Assembly: GCA_016926735.1 (NCBI GenBank)
Contig: JAFGOA010000038.1
Span: forward strand, 1-11,573
Length of the DNA stretch: 11,573 bases
Direction of reading: 5' to 3'
From: Promethearchaeota archaeon
Lineage (GTDB): Archaea > Asgardarchaeota > Lokiarchaeia > Sigyniarchaeales > SOKP01
The notes under the pieces were generated by a model that was not told the DNA's origin, searched no databases, and saw nothing but the letters and a program-made list of their open reading frames with translations. This document shows, piece after piece, positions 1-7,900 of this stretch (within the stretch, counting starts at the first letter, position 1; every line of letters begins with the position of its first letter). Made by a program: the position numbers and the translations under genes.

Positions 1-578
1 GTTAATTTTTGTACAGAATGAGATATAATAAATCCATCATGAACAAATATTGTTGGAAATAAGGAATCATCAGCAATCATTACTGAAAGAATTGCAGCAT
101 CATATGTTTCTTGAACATTTTCAGAAACTATAATATTCCAACCAAGTTCAGAATTGACTTGAGTATATTCCCATTGATTCCAGATACTTAAATTTGGAGC
201 ATTAAAAGCTCGAGCACTAATCATCATAGTTAATGGCAATCTCCATCCGACTGGCATTGGTAGTCCTTCTGTCATCAGTAAATATCCTTGGCTAGCTGTA
301 GCTGTAAAGGTTCTTGCTCCAGCAGCACATGCTGCTGTTGCATAACTCATTGCTGCAAGTTCAGATTCTGTATTAACGAATGCTGCTTTTAATCTACCTT
401 GATTAACAACATCAGATAATCCTTCGACTGATTGAGTTTGTGGGGTAATTGGAAACGCACAAATAACATCAGGATCGGTTTGTGTAATGCCTCCTGCAAC
501 AGCATAATTACCAATCATAGCTGTTTCAATTGGTTCTTTTATTTCTTTGAAAAATATTTTCATTGGTTCTACAGACAT
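1..578 (-). CDS. porA: 2-oxoacid (pyruvate/ketoisovalerate-type):ferredoxin oxidoreductase alpha subunit, N-terminal 192 codons; runs off the left edge
   Basis: Not in the ORF track; translated manually. ATG at 578-576, open to the edge: MSVEPMKIFFKEIKEPIETAMIGNYAVAGGITQTDPDVICAFPITPQTQSVEGLSDVVNQGRLKAAFVNTESELAAMSYATAACAAGARTFTATASQGYLLMTEGLP...ISARAFNAPNLSIWNQW...ENVQETYD...FVHDGFIISHSVQKL. Contains the OFOR alpha motifs GN, (Y/F)PITP, ESE, GARxFTATASQG and DGFxxSH. It follows the gamma-delta gene and has a Shine-Dalgarno site. The sequence does not resolve substrate (por vs vor). Confidence 0.93.
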   Translation of the reverse strand, partial: MSVEPMKIFFKEIKEPIETAMIGNYAVAGGITQTDPDVICAFPITPQTQSVEGLSDVVNQGRLKAAFVNTESELAAMSYATAACAAGARTFTATASQGYLLMTEGLPMPVGWRLPLTMMISARAFNAPNLSIWNQWEYTQVNSELGWNIIVSENVQETYDAAILSVMIADDSLFPTIFVHDGFIISHSVQKL

Positions 579-584
579 TTTTTT

Positions 585-591
585 TCACCTC
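585..591 (-). promoter_or_regulatory. Shine-Dalgarno site (GAGGTGA) for the alpha subunit
   Basis: The minus strand reads TAG-aa-GAGGTGA-aaaaaa-ATG between the upstream stop (596-594) and ATG 578. This is a canonical archaeal SD at an internal operon gene. Confidence 0.85.
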
Positions 592-593
592 TT

Positions 594-1583
594 CTATTGC
601 GGAGCGGCACATGAAGCCGGTCCTTGTTTTAATTTTTTAGTAATCGCTTTTACAGGGCAAATTTCTAAACAATTTAGACATGATTTACAATGTTCTTGAT
701 CAATGCCAATCATATGCCAGAGTCCATCATCTCCTTTTTTCCTTAGAATAGCAAAATCAGGGCAAATAAACCAACATTGAGCACAATCTGTACATACATC
801 TTTATTCCAGATCATATCCCATTCTCCCCATGATCCTGTATTAACAGTGCTACTACCCATTTCTATTATAGTCTCATCGCAATACCATACTCCTGCTTTA
901 TCTAATTCTTTATATCCCGGTAATTCTGGAGATACTTGTTGCCATGGGATTTTTGTATCTATAGTAAAATCAAGTTTTGGAGCATTTTTAGATTCATAGA
1001 TACAAGTTTCATCATAAGCTTTTTTTATTGCATCAATATTTTTTCCAGCTATTGAACCTTTAAATCGCATCATAATAGCATCAGCCAAAGCATCAATAGA
1101 AAACATTGGCATCACTCTTACAATTGCACCTAAAATAATTGTATTTGTGATATTTCTTCCTAATATTTCCATAGCGATATTGAGAGCATCAATTGTAGCT
1201 ATATTAATATCCTCTCTTCCTACTAGTTCTTGTAAAGATAGTTGATCCATAGTTGTATTTACAATTAACCATCCTCCTGGAGCAAGCCCTGCAACAACAT
1301 CAATTTCGCCAAGGAGAGATGGATCTAATACTGAAACAACATGAGGAGCATATACCTGCTCATTATTTCTTACTAAATCATCATTCAAACTTAATCTTAC
1401 ATAACTCTCTGTTGGACTACCCATTCTCTCTGCACCGAATTTTGGTTGGCAAACACCATATCCATGGAATGCTTCAACACAGAGATTTGCCGCACTGACC
1501 GCCCCTTGTCCTCCACGTCCGTGAAATCTTAAATTCAAACAGTTATCCTTAAGAGTGTTTTGAAGTTCTTCTTTAGTTAACAT
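594..1583 (-). CDS. 2-oxoacid:ferredoxin oxidoreductase fused gamma + delta (2x[4Fe-4S] ferredoxin) subunit
   Basis: The N-terminal ~195 aa carry gamma-subunit motifs (RFHGRGGQGAVSA, FGAERMGSP, VLDPSL, LIVNT, IDALNIAMEILGRNITNTIILGA). The C-terminus carries delta motifs: NTGSW, CTDCAQCWFICP and CKSCLNCLEICP (two CxxCxxCxxxCP). Single uninterrupted frame of 329 aa. Confidence 0.93.
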   Translation of the reverse strand: MLTKEELQNTLKDNCLNLRFHGRGGQGAVSAANLCVEAFHGYGVCQPKFGAERMGSPTESYVRLSLNDDLVRNNEQVYAPHVVSVLDPSLLGEIDVVAGLAPGGWLIVNTTMDQLSLQELVGREDINIATIDALNIAMEILGRNITNTIILGAIVRVMPMFSIDALADAIMMRFKGSIAGKNIDAIKKAYDETCIYESKNAPKLDFTIDTKIPWQQVSPELPGYKELDKAGVWYCDETIIEMGSSTVNTGSWGEWDMIWNKDVCTDCAQCWFICPDFAILRKKGDDGLWHMIGIDQEHCKSCLNCLEICPVKAITKKLKQGPASCAAPQ

Positions 1584-1665
1584 ATTAATTCAATTTTATA
1601 GTTTTAGAATAAATTGATTAAGACAATGAAGTAGAAAATTTTAATTTAATGAATACGAATTATAA

Positions 1666-1680
1666 CCTTAAATATTTCGG
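1666..1680 (-). promoter_or_regulatory. Candidate archaeal BRE + TATA box for the oxidoreductase operon
   Basis: The minus strand reads CCGAAA-TATTTAAGG about 85 nt upstream of ATG 1583: a purine-rich BRE-like element followed by a TATA-like box. The AT-rich background limits certainty. Confidence 0.35.
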
Positions 1681-1722
1681 AAAATATATATTATAAGAAT
1701 AAAGAGAGTAATAATCAATTGA

Positions 1723-3810
1723 TTAAATTATTGAAGTACCAATATCTAGTCCTTTTTTTAATCCCTTTTTTATCATTTTTATCCAAGATCTTTTAGCAAT
1801 AAATTCCATTATATATTGATCACAAAAGTCTCTTTTAGAATCTCTATATAGCATGACATTCATTTTAATATTTCCATGATGTATTGGCTCTCCAACTACA
1901 ATTCTTTTAAAAATTGATGCATTCTTATCAATTGAGACGGCATATTCTTGTTCTATCATTTTAAAATCATTAGATTTAATTTTAATAAAACAACTTTCTT
2001 TGATATCTCCAAGATTTATGATATTAATATTTATAATAAGTGTTATACCTTCCTTAATTATTTCACTATCATATTGTATCTCTTTAATTCTGAGATTTTG
2101 CTTTGGATGAGCAATATAGAATTCCTTCTCTTTAAATGATTTTCTAAAACCATCTAAATCAATCACTTCAAAATAATAAGAAATATCTCCATAATTCTTA
2201 GGTCTACCAGCAATTAACACTACGTTCATAGTAGATCTAGGTTGGATTGTAAATTTTATTTTATCTGATTCCAATTCTGAGCCTGGAGATATCATTTTTA
2301 TATATCCTGATCTCTTCTGAGTAGTAGTATTTTGTAAGGTAACATTAGCTTTAAGAGATTTATTACTCATTAACATATTTGGTTGGATTTTGATATAAGA
2401 AATTTGAGTAAAAACTTTTTCATTTATGTTTTCCAATGTTTCTTTTGCTATTTTGTGTAAAAAGATATCAAAAGGATCTTGATTTATATTAAGATTTATA
2501 TAATTCTCAATTGGAACAATAACATCAAGATCATTATTTGATTCATCCAAAACATTAATAATAGATAAACCAAGGCTTATAAAATCTCTTTTATCCAATT
2601 CCTTCTTGTTATTTTTTATATTTAATTTTTGATTTAAATCATCTAATAATAACGCAATTTCTGTTTGATTATTTTCTATTTGATTTATAAAGAAATCATA
2701 ATCTAAAATACCTAGCAAACAACATGAGAGGAAAAAGAATTTCGATGCTAAAAATTGATCATATTTATTTAGGTTTAAAAAACCATTAAAAAATGCTTTT
2801 CCTGCTTTTATTTTATCTTTTAGTAAATGATAATATCCAAGAAGAATATAACAATACCCAATAATTTGCTGGAAAATATTATTTATTGGGAGATTAAATT
2901 TACTTAAATTTATGATTTCAATTAATAATTCGAATTCATTTAAATTAATATCGCTAATTTTAGAATATATATAAGATTTTAATAGATTTGATAAACTCTG
3001 GAATGTAGATATCAATTTTGAATCATTATTATAGTTATTCATAATTTTATATATTAGATCTCTCATCTCTCCTGATCCTATTTTATCGAGTAATTTAATA
3101 AATTTAGCATTATTTATAATTGATATTTGAGAAGATGTTTCTATTTTTGATTCAATACTATCCCCTTTTATTAATTTAACTTTTTCTTCTTTATTCAATT
3201 TAATAAGATTTAATTTCTCCCTTTTTTCAAAATTCCATGAGTCTGGAATATAAGTGATATTATTCATATTAATTGGATATGATTTATAAGAAAGTTTATT
3301 TTCATAAATAATCATATTCCTTAATAAGGCAAATAAATCATTTACTCCTTGACCAGTTTTTGCAGAAGTTTTAACAATAGGTATTTGCTTATCAATTGCC
3401 CATTTTAATTTATTTCCATTAATATCATTACTTCGAGATATACTTTCTTCTTCAAAATCTATTTTATTTAATGCAATTATTGAAGTTTTTATTATTTCAG
3501 ATTTATTTTTCTCATAATCCCAAAGTAATTCTTTCCAACCAGCTGTATCTAAAGTATTTTCTCTTGTATAATCTACTACATATATAACAGCTTTTGCTCC
3601 ATAAAAAGCTGTTAAAGCTACATTTTGAAATCTAGATTGACCACCAAAATCCCAAATTTGTAATGTTATTTCTCCCATTTTACCAACATAAAAATCATAA
3701 CCTATAGTTAATTTTGTTGTAGGATCAAAAATAGAATGAATATAACGGTTTATTAAAGCAGTTTTTCCTGTTCCACCTGAACCAATAACAATAGATTTAT
3801 ATATTTTCAT
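1723..3810 (-). CDS. Multidomain protein: Rab/Ras-like small GTPase + helical (TPR-like) region + two Ig-like repeats + C-terminal amphipathic helix (~695 aa)
   Basis: G1 GSGGTGKT, G2 LTIGYDF, G3 IWDFGGQSRF, G4 NKID and G5 TSAKTG all lie in the first ~170 aa. ATG 3810 (MKIYKSIVIG) is preferred over TTG 3864 because it sits just before GTPase strand beta-1. The C-terminal domains were assigned by eye. Confidence 0.85.
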   Translation of the reverse strand: MKIYKSIVIGSGGTGKTALINRYIHSIFDPTTKLTIGYDFYVGKMGEITLQIWDFGGQSRFQNVALTAFYGAKAVIYVVDYTRENTLDTAGWKELLWDYEKNKSEIIKTSIIALNKIDFEEESISRSNDINGNKLKWAIDKQIPIVKTSAKTGQGVNDLFALLRNMIIYENKLSYKSYPINMNNITYIPDSWNFEKREKLNLIKLNKEEKVKLIKGDSIESKIETSSQISIINNAKFIKLLDKIGSGEMRDLIYKIMNNYNNDSKLISTFQSLSNLLKSYIYSKISDINLNEFELLIEIINLSKFNLPINNIFQQIIGYCYILLGYYHLLKDKIKAGKAFFNGFLNLNKYDQFLASKFFFLSCCLLGILDYDFFINQIENNQTEIALLLDDLNQKLNIKNNKKELDKRDFISLGLSIINVLDESNNDLDVIVPIENYINLNINQDPFDIFLHKIAKETLENINEKVFTQISYIKIQPNMLMSNKSLKANVTLQNTTTQKRSGYIKMISPGSELESDKIKFTIQPRSTMNVVLIAGRPKNYGDISYYFEVIDLDGFRKSFKEKEFYIAHPKQNLRIKEIQYDSEIIKEGITLIININIINLGDIKESCFIKIKSNDFKMIEQEYAVSIDKNASIFKRIVVGEPIHHGNIKMNVMLYRDSKRDFCDQYIMEFIAKRSWIKMIKKGLKKGLDIGTSII
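1800..2410 (-). repeat. Two tandem ~100-aa protein-level repeats (Ig-like/CARDB-like beta-sandwich)
   Basis: LKANVTLQNTTTQKRSGYIKMIS aligns with LIININIINLGDIKESCFIKIKS; FTIQPRST with VSIDKNAS; LIAGRPKNYGDISYYFEVI with IVVGEPIHHGNIKMNVMLY. Both show alternating hydrophobic beta-strand patterns. Boundaries are approximate. Confidence 0.65.
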
Positions 3811-3975
3811 CTTTTTTTCTAATTTTAATTTAAATATTTCTTTTATGATCAAACATTTATACAAATACTTTTAATATTAAACTAAGTGATCTACTAATAT
3901 AATTCTTTATATTTATAAGAATACCTGATACATTCTCTGTGTTTTATTGTATCAATAATTGTGAAGAAAATTAAA

Positions 3976-4959
3976 ATGGTTAGCTATAAAATAACTAAAT
4001 TAATAGAATTAGTCTTGGAGGAGCAGATGGATTTTAGGGTAGATGAAAAGAGGCTTAGAACAAATATATATGTAAATGGAATGCCCTTTAGGCAATGTAT
4101 GACTCTTATTTTGCATATTCCTAAAAATTCTTTGGAGAGGGAAACGTTCGAGTCTATAGACGAATATGAGGATAAATATGCCGAATTTAATTTACATAAT
4201 AAGGACAACTTATTACAAATTACTCCTGAGGAGGAATTTTGGGCTCATTGTTCAAATCTTCAAGCATGGGTGGAACATGATTATGATACAAATCTTTTAC
4301 ATTCAAATCTTTCATTTCCTTTATTAGAGGAATTATCTAAGTATAATGATAAGAAAGCGTATAAGGTATTTAGAGAGGAGATTGGAAAGAAAATCCAAAA
4401 ACGATATTTTCCTATAATTAGCTTGTTATATGATGAGGGATATGTAGATTATTTAAGCAGGGAGGAGTTTTGGAGTTTATTTCCTTTTGATTCGAGACCT
4501 CTTCAAGAGATTGAGGATATTTTGGGTGAAGCGTTTATTTTATACGAACCTTCAAAGTTACTTTTTTATGGTTATGATCGGATAGAGCGAGTTATGGGTT
4601 TTTGTGTTGAGGATGATGAGATTACAGAGGTTGGATTTTCACATGTTGAATATCCTTATTATCCAAAAATAATATGGGATACTATCCTAGGGAAATTAAG
4701 TAGATTACCAAAATTACGACATTTACGATTTGATCAATGTAATTTAACGGGTATTCCTTTGCAATTAAATAATTTAAAGACATTAGAGAAGTTAGATTTA
4801 AGTAATAATCATTTAGAAATAAAAAATGATAGAATGCTGAGAAGTCTGCTGTTAATAAGGAGATTAAAGGAGGTAACTCTGGGAGGGGTAAGTGCTATTT
4901 CCCATGAAAGTGATGTAGTGAGGAAATTAAAAGAAAAAGGGGTAAAAGTTAACTTATAA
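3976..4959 (+). CDS. Leucine-rich repeat protein with an uncharacterised Lokiarchaeia-type N-terminal domain
   Basis: C-terminal LRRs: LSRLPKLRHLRFDQCNLTGIPLQLNNLKTLEKLDLSNNHL (LxxLxLxxNxL). The N-terminal motifs TNIYVNGxxFRQC, ESIDE, ITPEEEFWAHCSNLQAWVEHDYDTNLLHSNLSFPLL and KVFREEI are recalled from an expanded Lokiarchaeia family. The start is ATG 3976 or GTG 3961. Confidence 0.8.
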   Translation: MVSYKITKLIELVLEEQMDFRVDEKRLRTNIYVNGMPFRQCMTLILHIPKNSLERETFESIDEYEDKYAEFNLHNKDNLLQITPEEEFWAHCSNLQAWVEHDYDTNLLHSNLSFPLLEELSKYNDKKAYKVFREEIGKKIQKRYFPIISLLYDEGYVDYLSREEFWSLFPFDSRPLQEIEDILGEAFILYEPSKLLFYGYDRIERVMGFCVEDDEITEVGFSHVEYPYYPKIIWDTILGKLSRLPKLRHLRFDQCNLTGIPLQLNNLKTLEKLDLSNNHLEIKNDRMLRSLLLIRRLKEVTLGGVSAISHESDVVRKLKEKGVKVNL

Positions 4960-7900
4960 ATGTTGGAAGATCTTTAGCATTCTTTAAATTCCGAATAAAT
5001 TGTATTTGGTTGAGAAGTTCATAGAATTTAGTATGAGGAGACAATTTTCTTAATCCGATAATATTATTTGAAAATGTAATTGATTTCCATATATCAGCTA
5101 ATTTCCAGAAGATAGCTTCATTTTTCCAAACCATTCCCTCCTTAGGTGGACCAACAACCTTAGGTTTTTTAATAAGGAACTCCGGTAAAATCTCTCCAAT
5201 AGTGTCGAATGCAAATAGACATTCATCAGAATCCATACCTCTTTCCCGTACAATAAATGCACTAGGTTCAACAAGTAATAGTCCAAGATATTCTTGTATA
5301 AAATTAATAAATTTTTCGGGATGATTAGGATCATATAAAAATCCTATTTCCAAATAATTTTCATTATTTTCTGGACTCCATTCTTGTAAATTAATATTAT
5401 TTTCAATCAATTTTATCTTTGTAGGCAAAATAGATGAACGTTCATCGATATAATATCCATTAGTAGTTCCAAAAATGGGATAAATGATAATTTCTTTATT
5501 CCCAATTATTTTTGATATTATCTTGATAAATGAAAGGGCACTATATATAAAATCTTTCATATATATAATACTTTCTTTATTAAATTCTATAAGATTATCT
5601 TTAAATTTTAAATTTTCAAATCCTTTCATCATTTTGTGATAATTTTCTGCAAAGTATTGTCTAAAATCATCGGGTGTTAGAGTTATGATATCATTTGACC
5701 TAAAATATTGCAAATCAATGGAATAAGTGCCATGAGCAGCAAGCCAGAGGTAGACTTCTCCTCTAAATGACCTTCCAAGAAGTTGATTGTCGCTAAAAAT
5801 CTTTTTCCTAACATATCTATCAATAAAATTAAATTCGTATGGCGTATATTTATTTCTGAGTACTTCTGTTATCGATTTATAGAACAATAATCTACCATTT
5901 AAACTATCCTCATCAGTATCAAATTCAATAGTATTATAACTTTGATATAGATAATCAGAAAGTGATTGAAATAAATTTTTCATACTTCTAACTTTATTTG
6001 AATCTTTGAAGTATGGAGCTACCAATTTCAGTGGAACTTCATTAATATTAATAGAAGCGAGTTTATTATCTTTCATTGGTAATTTTAGAGAGAGAGCTGC
6101 TATAAATCGATCCATAAAATATCTTGCTAAATTATTTAGAGCATTTTCATCTCTTTCTCTGATAGTTGGCATTAATGCATTTTGATTAAACTCCCTTGCT
6201 CTTAAACTCACTAATGTGTTTTTAACTGTAGAATCATGGATTGTTTGCAAGGTATGGGCGAGGAAATGAATATAGCCATGTTTTGGAAATATATTACCTG
6301 AATACATTCCTATGAAAATGAATCTTCCAAAGATCTCGGTTAGTTTACTAATCACTAATTCAGCAGTTTTTATTTCATCTTTGTTAAGGTTAGTATTATC
6401 AGTAGTGATATCAATTTCATCGCAATTTTGAAAAATATTTATATTTTCTGTATTAAAAATAGCATTAATTATTTTTTTATCATTATGAGTTTTTGGATTA
6501 AGATTAGTTAATGTTATTTCTTTGAGAACTGTATACCATTTTTGTAGAAATTCTTTTCTTGTCTGTTGAAATCTAAATCCCATATTTTGAGCCATATATG
6601 GACTATTGGCTCTATCTCCTCTTTTATCAACAGAAAATAATTCATACACAAGATTATCAGTCTCGTAATTAATATTACCAAAGTTTGGAATGATTTTATC
6701 TAATAAATAATGAATATCATTATATCCTGGTCCATATATAATTTCACCATTAGGATTTAAGTTAGCGCCAAGAATCTTTAAAATATATTCATCAATGGAG
6801 AGGAGTTTAGAAGATTGCTTATTATTAATTATGAAATTAACTAATTTTGAAATTTCTTCTACTACTTCTTGTGAATTACTTTCCAAAAATATACGATTAG
6901 GGTTATTTTGGAGTGAATCATCATATATTTCAGAGATGTCACTAATAGATTTAGAGCTATATCGCTTTATAGCATTAATAACATTAGGAAGTGGTGCTTT
7001 ATACGGATCTGTATGTTCGAGAATGATGTTTGTATCCTGTAATTTTGCAACTATACTATTTCCCGAAATAATCAAATAAGCAGCTAAAAATTCAGTTTTG
7101 AATCCTTTCAGATTGTTATTACTATCGAGAATTTCTTTTCGTTCATAAAATTCATCAGCCCAATTCTTATCTGTACGAATTTTTAATTCAGTTTCAGAGA
7201 ATAATAATTTGCTATATAATTTAATTCCATCTTTATCAGCAACAAATATATTTCTATGAATTTCTCCATTTAGATCTATATAACCTTCTCTAATTTCCGT
7301 ATTAGCGAGTTCATTTAATCTATTAGCTGGAATTAATATAATTCTATTGTTAAGATATTTATCGATATGGCAAACAATAAGCTCACCATCACTTGCTAAA
7401 TTCTGTAATTCGTTATCTGAGGAAATCTTCTTTATATTATCTTTTGAAGTTTTATCTAATGTATATAAAGCTTTTTGGTCAGGAAAATCTGAAATTCTTA
7501 TTTTCTCATTGTTAATATCTTTAAAATGTGGATTATAATTTAATACAAGGCGTAACTCCAATTTTCCTGAACTAGTTGTTGTTATTAGCTTTCGAAGATT
7601 ATTAGGATTCGTTAGGAATGTAGAAAGATCTTGAAGTCCATTAAATTTACTCATTTGAGTATAGAAATAAGAGTGCTCTCCGAATGCTCCTAAACAACTT
7701 GATATTAATTTATTTTGAAAGATTATATTCTCAGAACTTGTAAAAAGATCTATAATTAGTTCTTTTACTTTATTCTCTAAATCATTATTATTTTTAAAAT
7801 CACTTATATATAGGTCATTCTTTTGAAATTCTGAATTAATTAAATCAACAACATATAATAAGAATATTTCATGATTAGCTAATTTCTTTCCGAGATTAAA

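Noticed and set aside
1-578. Oxalate oxidoreductase alpha subunit
   Set aside because: The motif is PITP, not the PIRP characteristic of oxalate oxidoreductase.
432-614. 60-aa plus-strand ORF
   Set aside because: Antisense shadow of the clearly conserved oxidoreductase alpha gene.
1253-2139. Short plus-strand ORFs 1253-1498 and 1948-2139
   Set aside because: Antisense to well-supported genes, with no recognisable motifs.
1723-3810. Roco (Roc-COR) protein call based on DFGGQ
   Set aside because: No N-terminal LRRs and no recognisable COR domain after the GTPase; the C-terminus is Ig-like repeats.
3811-3864. TTG start extending the GTPase by 18 aa
   Set aside because: The extension is AT-rich, intergenic-like sequence; ATG 3810 coincides with the expected start of the GTPase fold.
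3984-4208. 74-aa minus-strand ORF
   Set aside because: Antisense to the LRR gene's conserved N-terminal domain.
3976-4959. LRR protein as the immunity protein of the giant gene
   Set aside because: It is convergent rather than co-transcribed, and appears to belong to a large paralogous family; only adjacency supports the idea.
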